Of a DNA stretch of 64,000 nt, positions 1 through 14,273 are shown piece by piece. The notes under the pieces were generated by a model, which searched no databases, was not told where the DNA came from, and saw only the letters and a program-made list of their open reading frames with translations. Each line of letters starts with the position of its first letter. The first letter of the stretch is position 1. Both the position numbers and the translations under genes were made by a program. The stretch is taken from assembly GCA_964016885.1 (NCBI GenBank), contig OZ024741.1, positions 220,038,001-220,102,000 on the forward strand, read 5' to 3'. Source of the DNA: Eledone cirrhosa. Lineage: Eukaryota.

Positions 1-140
1 CTCCATCTCACTCAACAAACATTAGGATATACCTAAGTATTTTACCAATTTAGTGTTTGGGGTGCTAACTAATCGATATTACGTGGATAGCTGGTTGTAT
101 TATTTTATATGAGACATTATTAAATAAATATCTCTTTCCT

Positions 141-264
141 TCCAGACGGCCGTTTCGTTATAAGATTTCTACAATTTGGGATAAATAATTTCCATGTTAT
201 GTAGAAACTTGTATATAATCCATAGTTTTATACACAAGCGGACTCTTATAAACTCATCACTGGA
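141..264 (-). ncRNA. Degenerate type I hammerhead ribozyme with long stem II insert (PLE end)
   Basis: Minus strand: TCCA-GTGATGA-GTTTATAAGA..~80 nt..TCTTATAAC-GAAA-CGGCCG-TC-TGGA. Stem I is TCCA/TGGA and stem III is palindromic; core C3 is replaced by G. Confidence 0.6.
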
Positions 265-300
265 TGCCCAAATAAAATCGATATAAGAATTACATCGACA

Positions 301-409
<109 letters not shown>

Positions 410-452
410 CTGTGTGTGTGTCTGTATGTGTGTGTGTGTGTATCTGTATATA

Positions 453-1152
453 TCTGATTTATCCAAATTATTGAGCCCTCTGCCACACATGTCGGATATT
501 GTTTATCGTGATTTCGTGGGCCGATATTCCGATTCTCGATTATTCTACTATATTTAGCTCTAGACCTTAGCTATTGACCAGTTAATTTTATTGATTATTT
601 TTTTTCGATCTTATTGACTGATGAATAGCTCCTGTTTATTTTAACACGTCTGTTGAGCACTCTGATTCGATATGTGATATTTTGTATTCTTACATAATTT
701 ACACATCACCGAATTCTTTCGCTAATATAGAGGTTATCTCCCTTGCTGAGTACCATGTGCGTTCTTGGCTATAGGTCTCCTCTTTATTGTCGGACGAAAA
801 CCCGCTGAGAAAGCTGTTCCGCGTCCACCCCTTCTCTAGAAGTCTTATATATTTTTTATGTGGGCTGATAGTGATTGGATTAAGGGCTAGATTTAACACC
901 CTTCAAGCGGGTCCGGGTGAGTTTTTTACATTCATTTAATTTATTAATTTATTGATATTTTATTTGAGTGACCCGAATCTTCCTGGTCATTCTTTTTCGG
1001 CTGCACGGGTGATTTTAGGCATGATCTCTATGTGTTGGTAATTTAACGATGGTTATAGCTCTGATTTATCCAAATTATTTAGCCCTCTGCCACACATGTC
1101 GGATATTGTTTATCGTGATTTCGTGGGCTGATATTCCGATTCTCGATTATTC

Positions 1153-1160
<8 letters not shown>
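453..1160. repeat. ~607-bp unit with ~100-bp terminal direct repeat, flanked by microsatellites
   Basis: TCTGATTTATCCAAATTATT...GATTATTCTACTATAT occurs at ~453-553 and ~1060-1160 with few mismatches. Confidence 0.75.
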
Positions 1161-1186
<26 letters not shown>

Positions 1187-1191
<5 letters not shown>

Positions 1192-3194
1192 AATCTTAGA
1201 CAGGAACAAAAACAGAGAGGCAGTACAAATATAAGTTTATTAGGCTCACGCTTTTGCGAGGGGGGTGGGGACGTTTCGGGCATAAGCCCTTCATCAGGAG
1301 AAAAGTGGGTAGGAAGAGAGTTCCGAGGGTGTGTGGGGGAGTAGTGGAAAGACATTAAAAAGGGGGGAGGGAGGTAAACGATTTTAGAAGTACAAATAAA
1401 AATAAAAAATGTGGATTCCGGAGGCTGAGTGTGTATATGTGGGGATACGCACGTGTGTGTTTGTGTTTATACGTGGTGTGGATGTAGGTGGCGTGGTTCG
1501 AAAAAAAATGTGAGTGTTTGTTCGTGGGTAAATTCCTAAAGTAGTTCCGTGGATTGTGCGATAAGATGTTGGATATTTCTCATGTTATAGAGTGGATAGC
1601 TGGACCGATGACCGGTGGTGTGGAATCCATTTGTGGGGGTGCGGAAGTGGGGAGATGTGGGGTGCGCGCTCAACAGGAAGTGGTCAGAGGTGAAGGGATA
1701 GCAGTAGAGGAGGATGGCAGATGATGAAATGGTCTGTATGTGGTGTGGACTGTGTGTCTGTGTGTGCGGAGGTGCGGTGGAGAGGGAAGAGAATGGGTAG
1801 GTGTGAAAGGTGGAGGGGGAAGGTGGTGATGTGGGGGGATGGGGTGTATATTAGTGGAGGTGTTAGGAGGATGTATGTGTGTGAAGGGGTGTAGGTGGAG
1901 CGGGGAGAGGGTGAGGGAGAGAAAAGGTGTTGGGGACGGAGGGGGGGGGGGGGGGGTTTAGTGTACTGGTGTGTGTGTGCGTGTTTGGATGAGTGTGTGT
2001 GTGATAGAGGGGGTGTTAGTGGGTGTTAGTATTACTGGTGGTGGGGAAAAGGTTGAATGCGGGTGTGTAAGTAGGGGTTAGTGGTGGTTGGGTGTATGGA
2101 GTGGATGTGTGGGTGAGGGTTAGTGGTGGTAGTAGGGTGTGTGGATAGTGTGAGTGCATGTCAGTATTATTACTTGTGGGGCGGGCCAAGGGAGTGAGGG
2201 CGGTGAAATGGAGGTGTGTGTTAGTGGGGGATGTGTGGGTCTGTAGGGTGAAGTAGGTGTGTTGTTCGACCGTGAGGCGGGTGGCGGGTGTTCCATGGCA
2301 TTGGAGCAGACCACAGACTCTGAGGTGGTAGGCGGAATGTCCAGGGGAGCCAAAGTGGCGGGCGATGGGGGAACTCCCGCCGAGTCGAATATCGCGAAGG
2401 TGTTCCGTGAAACGGTCCGCCAGGCGACGTCCAGTCTTTCCGACGTTGGTTTCGCTGAACTCCGTGCAGCGAAGTCCATAGACTAGGTTGGAGGAGGTGC
2501 AGCGGAAAGCGTGCCGGACAGAGAGAGAGTGGCCGTTGGGACCCTGGAAGGTGGTGGTGTTGGTGAAGTGGGGGCAGGTGTGGCAGCGAGGCCTGGGGCA
2601 GGGAAGAGAACCGGGGGTGGGGAGGGGGTTCGGACTGGAGGCGTCGGAAGAGTGGAGGATGTTGCGATGGAGGGTGGTAGGTAATGGGGAAGTGAAGACG
2701 GTGGGTAGGTGTGCGGTGGCGTGGGGTAAGAGCGGTGGATCGGTGGACAGCACGGGCGCGAGTGAGAGGGCGGTGCGGACGAGGGGGGAGGGGGTGGTAA
2801 CCACTCCGGATGAAATGGCTGATTAGGGAAAGGGCCTGGGACTCAAAGTCAGCATCTCGGATGCGGAGGCCGCGGATCCGGATGAGTTGGGAGTAGGGAA
2901 TAGAGTGTGTTGTGTGTGTAGCGTGGGAGGAGGTGAAGTCGAGGTAGGAGTGGGAGGGGTCGATGGCCACGGAGATGTCTAAGAAGTGGACGTGGGTTGT
3001 GGAGATAGAGATAGTGAAGTGGAGGGAGGGGTGAAAGGAGCAGAAGAAAGAAGTTGAGCTGTTCTCGGGTGAGAGTCGTGGCTCCGATACAGTCGTCGAT
3101 GTACCGGGCAAAGATTTGGGCCTCAACATGGCCAACGAAAAGGTTGGCATAGTTTGGGCCCATTCTTGTGCCCATGGCTACCCCCGTGACCTCT

Positions 3195-3197
<3 letters not shown>
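1187..3197 (-). mobile_element. Decayed, 5'-truncated Penelope-like element (Neptune-type RT + GIY-YIG)
   Basis: RT motifs GVAMGTRMGPNYANLF, RYIDD, HFLDI and SIPYSQLIRIR; Cys-rich linker PCPRPRCHTC; GIY-YIG region NLVYGLRC..VGKTGRRLADRFTEH..PIARHF. Frameshifts and internal deletions present; (TA)n on both sides. Confidence 0.9.
1270..1298 (-). ncRNA. Minimal hammerhead-like core in the PLE 3' end
   Basis: CTGATGA-A-GGGC-TTAT-GCCC-GAAA-CGTC on the minus strand; stem I pairing is not evident. Confidence 0.55.
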
Positions 3198-3259
<62 letters not shown>

Positions 3260-3262
<3 letters not shown>

Positions 3263-3439
3263 ACGAAGGAATTCTGGTAAGGAACCAGATGGACCATAAC
3301 GCACCAAAGTACTCAATACTTAGGGTAGTTGAGTGGGTAATAGGAACAAGTAATACCCCGACGGCAGAGCTCAAGCCGTTTAGACTCCAGAAATAGCCGC
3401 CGAAACGGCTTGAGCTCTGCCGTCGGGGTATTACTTGTT

Positions 3440-3443
<4 letters not shown>
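3260..3443. mobile_element. Asymmetric palindromic element, copy 1 (PLE-end-like, half hammerhead)
   Basis: Inverted arms ~3341-3381 and ~3403-3443 plus an ~80-bp unpaired extension; homologous to 26466, 31300 and 49859. Confidence 0.85.
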
Positions 3444-3500
<57 letters not shown>

Positions 3501-3592
3501 CAGCTTCACCACTAATTGATTTGACAGATGTCTTCAACCCATTGATACCAAATATTATTTGGTCAGTAGTTCGTGTGTCAGTATATAAATAA

Positions 3593-3687
<95 letters not shown>

Positions 3688-3859
3688 ATATATATTATAT
3701 ATAGAGGTTATAAACTCAAAATAGTCTTTTACAATTAAATAGTTCAAAGAAAGGAATATTTCCGAGCCGTGTAATACAAATGAATATACGATAGAGATGA
3801 ACACTGATACAAGTATACATGTGCTCGTATTGCAAATGACCAAGTTAGCTAGGTTGAAA

Positions 3860-3902
<43 letters not shown>

Positions 3903-3936
3903 TCAAAACAACCAAAACTATGTTGAATACATTTTA

Positions 3937-3985
3937 TTGCTGACAATCGTCTCTTCCAAACAGCCGTCTGGGGTCATCGGAGCAA
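3937..3985 (-). ncRNA. Degenerate minimal hammerhead (CCGAUGA core variant)
   Basis: TTGCT-CCGATGA-CCCCAGAC..GTTTGGAA-GAGA-CGATTG-TC-AGCAA overlapping AATAAA; related to the 49024 copy. Confidence 0.6.
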
Positions 3986-4179
3986 TGGCAAAGTTTAAAA
4001 ATATAATTAACCTCTATTCTACAGAACAATCATAAAGATATATTGATATTATTGTTGCTATCAGTAGTGTCAGATTACTGGTAATAAGGCGGTAAAAAAA
4101 ACAAAAAAAACTGATCTTTCGTGTTTATAACTATATATAGTTTATATATAAGTATAACTAATATTATTATTATTATTAT

Positions 4180-4562
4180 AGGGCGGTGGATTGGCAGTAT
4201 CGGTAGAGGGTCGGACGCCATGCTTTGACGTATAAAGTTACGGTCCTTGCCATTCTGAGTTCAAATCCCGCTGAGGTTAACTTTGCCCTTCATCCTTACG
4301 GGGTCGATAAAATAAAGTAACAGTAATGCACTGAGTAATTGCTGGCCTTGTGCCTAAAGTAGAAACAATTATTATTATTTTGAATTTGCAGTATCGGTAG
4401 AGGGTCGGACGCCAAGCATAGAGTTACGGCCCTTGCCATTCTGATTTCAACTCCCGCCGAGGTTAACTTTGCCTTTCATCCTTACGGTGTCGATAAAATA
4501 AATTACCAGTAATACACTGGGATAAATGCTGGCCTTGTGTGAAAAGGAGAAACAATTATTAT
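4180..4562 (+). mobile_element. Two tandem tRNA-derived SINEs (Meta-domain-like core)
   Basis: A-box-like TGGCAGTATCGG, B box GAGTTCAAATCC, core CTTTCATCCTTACGGGGTCGATAAAATAAAGTA and (ATT)n tail; the second copy is 5'-truncated. Confidence 0.85.
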
Positions 4563-4796
4563 ATATATATGCTTGTGTGTCTGTGTGTCTATATATGTAT
4601 GTTTGCATGCATGAATAAATACACTAAGCTTTAGATTTAGTAGAATGTACAACCACTGTTTGCACTATCCTATATTTTGGCTTCTAGTAATTACGGGGGA
4701 ATTGGTTGACTGAATGCTTTGCTTAATTGTTTTAATTATTTTTTAAAGGATGTTATTCTTTCTCTTAGATTTTAGGTATTTTTTGAAAGCAAAGCA

Positions 4797-4923
4797 TTGC
4801 CCCCCCCCCTAAAATACTACAGTGGGCCTTGCAATGCTACTGTGAGCTCTTGCAATGCTACCGTTGGCGCCCTGGGGCCTACTTGCCATTGGGCAACCTG
4901 GCAACCTGACCAGTCCGCCACTG
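4797..4923. mobile_element. Possible terminal fragment of a DNA transposon
   Basis: GC-rich island ending CCAGTCCGCCACTG, which resembles CAG-starting hAT-type TIRs; no partner TIR seen. Confidence 0.3.
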
Positions 4924-4954
<31 letters not shown>

Positions 4955-5084
4955 GAAGAACGTATTCTTTACTCAGTGTGTAAATATAACTTTCAAGAAA
5001 TTCACCTCTTCTCATTGTTTGTCCCCCTAAATATCGCCTGTGTTACAATAATATACCAGAAAAAGGAGGAGAAAACGGAGAAGA

Positions 5085-5111
5085 AAAGTAGGAGGAGGAG
5101 GGGGGGGGGAG

Positions 5112-5145
<34 letters not shown>

Positions 5146-5620
5146 AAGAAGAAGAAGAAGATGACGACGACGAAGAAGAAGAAGATGAAGAAGAAGAAGA
5201 AGAAAAAGAAGAAGATTATTCTCCAAACTATATGCCACATAATTTATGCAAAATGCCAGTAATTTTAAGTGAAAAGCAAGTCTTTTATATGTTCCCTAGT
5301 ACATTACTGGTAGGAAGAGCATGATGATGATGATGATGGTGATGATGATTATGATAGTGAGGAGGAGGAGGAGGAGACAAAACACATGAGAAAAGAAGAG
5401 AAGAAAAGAAGAGAAGAAGAAAAGAAGAGAAGAAGAAAAGAAGAGAAGAAGAAAAGAAGAAAAAGAAGCGAGGGAATGATGATGGTGATAAGGGGGGTGG
5501 GGAGATGTGGATGAGGGTGAGGGGGTGGATGAGGGTGAGTATGAAGAAGAAGGAGTGTGAATATGAGGATGAGAATCTGGATGAGGAGGGTGAAGATGAA
5601 GAGGAGAAAGTGAAAAAGAC
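5085..5620. repeat. Purine-rich trinucleotide low-complexity block ((GAA)n, (GAT)n, (GGA)n)
   Basis: Directly visible simple repeats. Confidence 0.9.
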
Positions 5621-6047
5621 GAAACTGATTGAACATCGACCGCATCGACCGCAAAAGTCTGGAAGAGTTATTCTCAATTGCTATTGTTACCTCCCTTTAC
5701 CTCTGACAAAAACAATGAAAGAACAGCAACAACAACATCAACATCGACAACAACAAAACTCTCGACCTGGTTGTATTGTTTATTTAAACAAAAGAGTTGT
5801 TGAACGAGTTCCACCATATTCTATTGATGTTATTTAGCTAAGCTGGGTCATGTAAAAGCTAGACAAGGGATATTCAGCTCTAAATTTAACTTACTAATAT
5901 ATATCCAACTATTATCTATTTGGATCAGATTTTATAGTAAATTATTGTTTCATGTCTTCATCGATATATCCTTCAATAACACATACATCGATAACAATAT
6001 TGGATGTTATGAGGGGTTCAATATCACCTCTTTCTCTCGCTCTCTTT

Positions 6048-6321
<274 letters not shown>

Positions 6322-6522
6322 GATAGAGTAAGACACGCTTCACATCGGCTCCGCTATTCCATCGGGATTTACCCTTACTATTGTAAGTACCGGATAAATT
6401 TTTCAGTGCAACACATTTGGAACACTAACCCCTGTTATTTAGGGAAACATTTTTGCATTTACCCCCTTTTTAGGGGGTAAAATAAATATCTATTTTTGCC
6501 GAAAAATTTCTTTCTTGGCAGC

Positions 6523-8318
6523 ATGGCGGAAAAGATGGCAGACATGTCTGCCATTAGCTCTGCCACGCCCCCCAAGTCTGAAGAACAAAAAATAATTACA
6601 ACAAAATTAGACATTGAAACAAACAAAGAAAATGAAAAAACAAATGTTAAGGAAAATGAGCAAACAGAAAACAAACAAACAGAAAATAATACAAATAACG
6701 ACAGGGCAACTTTCGCCCAGAAAACAAAACAATCCATTACATACACACCAATTGACCTAACTGCCGCCAGAGAAAAACTGGCCGAAGCAAAGAAACACAT
6801 TGTTTTGGGGGAGAACGGAATGTTTTCCATTAACTCCCCCCCAGAATTCAAGAAAGCCAGAGCAGAAAACACAGTTCTCTACAGAACTATACTGAACCAG
6901 ACAAGAAAGCCAGCACAGCCCAGCCAAATGGAAATAGAGTTAGTCCTAAAAGACTATATGAAGAATATTCTCTTCATACGAAAGGACCGACTCTATGGCA
7001 GCATTTCGGTCCTAACAAGAGACAAAGAAACGGCGGAGAAGCTTTCCCTAAGCCCACTCTCATCGACAACATATAGCTTCTATCCCTCCTACATGGGTAG
7101 AAGAACACAGAGAGTAAAAGTAAAAACAATGCTGCCCACAATGGACTTCTGGTGGGCTATTGCTGGCTTCATTGATATGGGCGAAGACACAATGCTGTCA
7201 ATGGGGAAGGCAACTGGAGATGCGTTCCTGGGAATGGGCCTCGACATACTAGTCCAAATGAGGCCCGAAAGAATAGCACAAATCCCGGATCGCATCTGGC
7301 TGGATGACCTTACCCCAATAGACATAATTGTAGAGGGGAGAAGACCAGCATGCTATTTATGCATGGAAAGGGGACACGTTAAGGCTAACTGCCCGAAACG
7401 TATCCCCCAAAAAGGACTATTGCCCACACCCACCACAAACAGTACACCAACACCACCCACCTCCAAAAATACACTAATACCACACACAGCAAACAAAATA
7501 CAGACACCACCAACCACAAACACAACACAAACATCACCACCACCAGCACCAAACACAAGCACGACACAAAAATCACCACCACCAACCACAACACAAACAT
7601 CACCACCACCATCACCAACCACAAGCACGACACAAACATTACCACCACCACCACAAAACCCATTCCAAACAAATAATAAAAAAAACAGTAACAAATCTAC
7701 CCCTCCCGCAAAAAAAAACAACCACACAACACGTCCCTCCCACCTAGCGCTGAAGAGTTTCCCCCAACTTCTGAAGAAGAAGGAGGAGAAGCCTTCAGAC
7801 AAGTTAAAAGAAAAACAAGAAAACACACACCCAGCACACCACAAATAACCCACACACAAACACCAACTCCAATCAAAAACACCCCACCCTCAACAAACAA
7901 AAATAAATCTGCGCCTCCCCTCTCCGAAACATTGACAGCATCACAAACAAAGACGTTGCAATACACATATATAAATAAAGAAAACAAAAAACTGGTTAAA
8001 TTAATAAACAATAACCCTATGGTGCAGACCGAAGGGCCAAACTTTATCTCAACAGAGAACTTCACCCATTTAAAAATGATAAAGGTCCCTCTGGACCTTT
8101 ATCGTTCCTTAAAAGAACAATTTAGACGGGACGTGAGCCCCCCCTGTTTAAAACCGTTGAATCGCGTCCTCTTGAAAGATTTCCCCATAACCGCCCCTCT
8201 CCCTGACACAACTCCAAATACCCCAACCCCACCACACACGTGTACCCCACACCACCACAAAACATCCCTCCACCCAACACACCTGATGCCATGGAAATTA
8301 CGCAACCCGGAGAGGTAA
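6523..8318 (+). pseudogene. LINE ORF1 (gag-like, CCHC knuckle), one probable frameshift
   Basis: CYLCMERGHVKANC (CX2CX4HX4C) followed by a Pro/Thr-rich region. A frameshift in the A-run near 7710-7718 would join the 6496-7848 ORF to the 7932-8318 frame. Confidence 0.8.
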
Positions 8319-8349
8319 GTGCTTTTCTTTCTTCACTTTCAACACCAAA

Positions 8350-11300
8350 ATAGATCAATTGAGAGTTGGCTGTTTGAACGCGCGTGGCCTGGGCTCAGCT
8401 TGGAAGCAAGCAAAGCTTCTAAGTGACCTCAGGTCACAAAGTATAGATGTGATGGTTGTTTGTGAGAGTCGGATCAGCAGCGTGAGACAGCTGGCGCCCG
8501 CCTTCGATGACTTTGAGATGCACGCATCTCTCTGTCAACCCGGAGGCGGGGGGGGGGGAGTTGCCGTACTGCTGGATAAACGTCTGACTCTCGACGTACA
8601 GATTGTTCACTCGGACCCGGGGGGTCGATTACTGGTGCTGGACGTCGGAGGCGGTGAAGGTGGGGCTTTCAGACTGGTCGGTCTTTATGCTCCCTTCGGG
8701 GCGGAAAGAGCCGACTTCTTCCAGCGTCTGGAGACTTTTCTAGGAACGTCGCGTTCCCTGCTTTTAGTGGGGGACTGGAATGGAATCCTAGATGCGCGTT
8801 GGGACTATGCAGGGGCATGTCCCGATAGAGGGGGGTGTAGCAGCCTCAAGGGGTTACTCGATCGATTCGACCTGGTCGATAGATTTCGACTAGATTGTCC
8901 AACTGCGCCAACCTGGACCTGGGCAAACCGCAGTGGACAATCTAGATCGTACCTAGATAGGTTTTTGGTTAGGAGTAAGGATAGGGACGTATTTAGTTGT
9001 CCAGAACTGATCATGGTTGGCTATTCAGATCACAAATTAGTGACCTGCGTGGTCAACCTTGATAGAACGCATAGACAGGGTCCCGGTTACTGGAAGATCA
9101 ACTTGTCCTTACCGACAAAGAAAGATTACAGAAACCGGATTAGTAGCTTAGTTAAGATGCGGTTGACGGGAGCGATCGTCAACAGTAGGTGGTGGGTATC
9201 TCTAAAGAGAGAGATTAGAGTAAGTTCGATAGGTTACAGTAAGGAACTAGCGGCGAATAGAAATAGGAAGGAAAGGGAGTTAACAGATAAACTAGAAGAG
9301 GCGATTAGGAGCGGAGACGTAGCCAGAGTGTTAGCGACGAGAACGGCATTGAGACAGTTCTTTGACGCGAAGCACGAAGGCTGCGTTGTCCGAAGTAAAA
9401 TACGTGCTTTAGGAAACGAGGGGACCAAAGCTGTGAGCTGGGCCCGCGTGACAGAAGCCAAGAGTGGGATTAAATCCACCATTCGGTCTTTGCGAGACCA
9501 GGATGGACGGGTGATCCTTGAACCTGAGCGAATGTGCGAGACCTTTCAAAGGCACTTTGCTCGACTGTTCGGAGGTGGCGGGGGCCGGACGGGGATGTGG
9601 ACTTCGGTCCATACCTCGACGGTCTACCGCGTCTTTCGAGCGGCGAAGCGGAGTGCTGCGAAAGGCCAATCACAGCCACTGAAATCGGGGAAGCGCTCAG
9701 CCAATGCAGCAGACGCAAATCTCCGGGTCTCGATGGTCTACCATACGAACTTTATTTAGCTATGCCGGTCTTGTTCTCCGAACTCCTCGAGGCTGTCTAT
9801 TGCAACTGGCAACAGAACGGGAGAATTCCCTGTTCTGTGACCAAGGGCGTGGTCACGCTAGTGAGGAAGGACGAGAGCAAGGGGGACGACTTAAGTAACT
9901 TTAGGCCCATAACTCTGCTGAATGCAGAGTTACAGATTTTGGCCAAGGTGTTGGCGAAGAGGTTGGCGCTTGTGGTGGGTGGTTTGGTGGGAGACGCGCA
10001 GACATGCGCTATCCCGTCCAGGTCCATTCACGACAACCTCCACCTCATGCGATACATCATAGAGAGGGTTGGCTACGAACCCGGCTTTGGTGGGGCCCTG
10101 ATCAACTTGGATCAATCTAAGGCGTTCGATAAGGTCGACCATGGTTACCTGGATGCGGTGCTAGCGGCGGCGGGCTTCGGACCCGTTTTCAGGGGCTGGA
10201 TTTCTGCCATGCACAGTGGCAACATCTACTCTAGGATTAAAGTAAACGGCTACCTCTCGGAGCCGTTTCAAATCACCCGATCCATCAGACAGGGGTGCCC
10301 CTCTCCTCCCTTCTGTACGTATTGACTCTCGAGCCACTGCTGCGGAAGTTGGAGTTGCTGCGGGGCATACCCCTGGAACCGGGATTGCACAAAGCGGTCT
10401 CGGCCTATGCCGACGACGTAACAGTAATGGTGGCGGACGCCTCGGAAATCGGGGCGATCGCCACCCTACTGGAGGAATACGAAAGGCTGACGGGGGCTAA
10501 GCTGAACCAGGACAAGTCAGTCGGTTTGCAACTCGGAACGTGGAGGAGCAAACCGATGCCGTTAGACGGTGTCGTCGGGCGGTGGACGGAGGGCCCTATG
10601 AAGCTGCTCGGGGTCTGGTTCGGACCGGACCTCCAGGTGGAGAAGAATTGTGGCAAGGTGACGAGCAGGGTGTTTGCGCTGACCAAGAAGTGGGCCAAGT
10701 GCAAACTATCACTGAAAGGTCGGGCGGAGGTGACGAACGCTTACATAGCGTCCGTCATCTACTACCGCCTGACCGTCGTGCCTTGCCCCAAGGAAAAGCT
10801 CACCATCATGGAACACATGCTCTTCCAGTTCCTCTGGAAGAAGCGGCCTCCCATGGTGAGGAGATCCATCTGCTGCCAGCACCCTTCGAAAGGAGGGCTG
10901 GGTATGCCGTGGCTGTTGATGCGTAGGCACGCATTGAGGCTACGGCATCTACAGGTATTCCTCAACGGTCAGCCGGTGTGGGCCTCGTTTGTGAGGCGAG
11001 CCTTCCCACAGCTCGTCTCGCTCACCGAACTGCAATCCTGGGTGAAGCAAAGACCGAGAAAACTGGGCAACTGGCACACCGAGTGTGCCCAGGCGCTCAC
11101 GGCTATCTGGCAAGCGGACCCGACTGTCAGTGGAGAATCCACCTCGACATTCTATAGAGGGTTGGTGGCTAGCAGGGGCGACGACACCCTTGGAGAGTCG
11201 CTAGGCATGGAGGAGGACGAACTGGCCAGCCTGTTCGGTAGAACTTTCGGCCCGGGACCCATGGACAACTTCCAGAGGTCCCTAGCCTGGCAGTGTTACC

Positions 11301-11788
11301 GGGGGGCTCTGCCCGTTCGAGAAAAGCTCTACAGACACGGGCGCCCGGGCAGGGATCCCGCGAAAAAGATCTGTCCCAGATGCGTGCGCGACGAGGAAAC
11401 CGTTGCGCATGCACTGGTACACTGCCCGGGCGTTGCCGATCTGTGGGGCTACGTCGAACGACTGCTGTCGCGTGTGGCGCCGATTCGATTAACCGCCGAG
11501 TCTGTGGTGAACATCAAGCCGCCTCCTCCCTTCAGAAATGAAGCAGAGGCGGTCTTTCTGTGCGTAATAGCCATGATGAAAGAGGTTGTGTGGTGGACGC
11601 GCCTGAAAGGTCTGAGGTCGGGTGACTTTCTCTCCGGCCATCACCTGGTTAACTTCTTCCGATACCACTTCGGAAGAAGAATCAGGATGGAGAGAGAAGT
11701 GCTTGGTCCCAGACAGTTTTATGAAAGGTGGGTGAAAGAAGCGAGAATGGCCCGTGTAAATGGGCCTTCTCTCTACATTGTTCCGTAG
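8350..11788 (+). pseudogene. LINE ORF2 (APE endonuclease, reverse transcriptase, zinc finger) with two frameshifts
   Basis: LNARGL, GDWN, SYLDRF, SDH; KSPGLDGLP, FRPITLLN, DQSKAFD, IRQGCPLS, AYADD; CPRC..ETVAHALVHC. Frame changes near 9580 and 10295. ATA-GAT-CAA-TTG at 8350 may be a mutated ATG start. Confidence 0.93.
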
Positions 11789-12273
11789 GTGAAGAAGTGA
11801 AGAGGAAAGGGGGAGCGCCTCCTCTCTGGGCTTCCCCCGCGAAAAGAGTTGCACACTTTTCGGGGGTATGTGCAATCCCCAACACGCCCCCTCCCTTTTG
11901 AGGACTTTTTATTGTTATATTATTATTGTTATTCCTTTTTTCTTTACTCGATTTATGTAAACTCCCCCACTGTGTAAATGTCCCCTTCTTTTGTGCCCTC
12001 GTGGCAAATAAATAGAAATTTATCTATCTGTCTATATATCTATCTATTTAACTATCTATCTAGACAGATGGGACATTACAAGACGTGACGGCGGGGGTTT
12101 TACATAAAAATCATATAACTTTAACATTAATAAATAACAATATAGCAGGATGGATAGATATAGATAGATAGATAGATAGATTGATAGATAGATAGATAGA
12201 TTGATAGATAGTTTCTTAAAAAGGTGGCGTAAATTTGAAGTTTCAGCTTAGTCTCTTTATTCGGCTGTATATA

Positions 12274-12401
<128 letters not shown>

Positions 12402-12479
12402 CATGGTCCAATGCATTAATGAGATATACGTCTTTATGGCTTGAAACCACAGGCAATGCGGCTTAAGATAAGATGTTAA

Positions 12480-12581
<102 letters not shown>

Positions 12582-12669
12582 CTGCCTCTCTCTGTATATA
12601 TACAGTATATATATATGGAGAAAGAGAGAGTGTGTGAGAAATAGAGAGGTTTGGTCCACTCAACACCAA

Positions 12670-13420
12670 ATATCGAGAAAAGTATCTGGAATCTGGTATA
12701 TCCGTGTAAGGTGATATCGACCTTAACCCTATAAAGCCTACGCAGCCTAACTATATGTGAATACAAAACGAGGTTTTGTTAGTACCATTACAGCTTCAGA
12801 AATCCGGCCGTTAGAAATGGAATGACATTATCCAGCCACTTATGGGACTGGCGCGAAAACAATAAGACCTTTAATTTGCTATGGAGTTTCTTGACGAAAG
12901 CCATCCCATACGTCGGGGGACTCCTTAAATGCAACATATGTACCGAGGAGACGATCCATATATTGTTAGCTAAGAAACAACTGCTCAACATAAAGCATGA
13001 ACTCGTCACATAATGCAAAACATTTACAAAACATACCTCAATATCAGACATCTGCACGACCCCGGAAAGGAAGATGATTAACAACTAAATATTCACGAAC
13101 GCACCCCCATATACACGCACAGACCCCACACGCGCGCGCAAGTCACACCAAATGATTATACTAGATAATTAGCACAGACACATCGGAACACCATTACCAA
13201 ACACCCACACTCATGTACAACAATCTATGTATACATCTATGTCGGAGCGAAAACTCTAATTCTACTTTCAAGCTGAGCCGGCTTGACTGTTCCATATGCA
13301 AATGATGCTAATCATCCCATCTACATAGGCGGAAAAACTATACATTTTCGCCTCTTTCCAACAGAAAGCAAGGCAGCGGAAGCATTGACCTGATGACGGC
13401 CTAAACCAGAACCGCGTTGG
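12670..13420 (+). mobile_element. Old Naiad-type PLE 3' fragment (GIY-YIG C-terminus, decayed hammerhead)
   Basis: TLSSHLWDWRENNKTFNLLW..AIPY..KCNICTEE..LLNIKHELVT; CTGATGACGGCCTAAACCAGAACCGCGTT at ~13390-13418. Confidence 0.75.
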
Positions 13421-13672
13421 CATCCATAGATTTACATTCACTGCATCCAATCGTAAACCCACCCCCACCCATCCTATCTACACATTTTACACATATACAT
13501 ATATCTGTATGTATATGCAGCGAATATGACCGTGAGAAGGAAAAAATGAAAAAAATGCGGTATTTCAAGTGCAAAACAGCTAACTTATTATGATTCACAC
13601 ACGTAACATGTATTGCGCTACCAAAGCTTTCAAGGCATAACCTAATACAGTTACAAACACTCATACACACAC

Positions 13673-13718
<46 letters not shown>

Positions 13719-14273
13719 ATTCAAAATATTAACAAAATAGATATTCTTGTGATCAAGTATATTTTATTATACATATTTCAGAGGTACTGAGTTAAGTTCA
13801 ACAGTACGTCCTCATCAGATGATGCATGACATACCCTGACATAGTAAATGGTTAAGATTCAGTCATGGTAGTGATTAACATATGACAATACTCAATATTT
13901 ATACACTAATATTGAGAACATGAGAAAAACATATCATACAAACAGTAGAGAAGGTGCGTGTAATACAGCTTAAAAAAATACATGGCATCAATATAACACT
14001 TAAACATTTTTTTTAAACTACTGAAGAAAGAGGAGGGAAAGGAAAGCATAGAGGAAGAAACAGCTGATGTGATAATATATTTAGTAGGTGGCTCGAAAAA
14101 CAAATGAAAAATGATTAATAACTCTGGAAAACCTTTTTTACTGTTGAGTGCCTCAATCTATTGTAAAACTCATTCTTTGATGTATTCATTGAAACTTGTT
14201 TAACTTTTAAATATATATAGCTCCCAGCAGGTTGAGCGCTTTTCTCTACAATAGATTGCATATTTAATAAATT

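Noticed and set aside
5505-5837. Acidic 110-aa ORF as a host exon
   Set aside because: Mostly simple-repeat derived, with no domain or splice support.
8315-8353. Possible GTAAGT..AG intron joining LINE ORF1 and ORF2
   Set aside because: Only 39 nt; a mutated ATG (ATA at 8350) explains the missing ORF2 start more simply.
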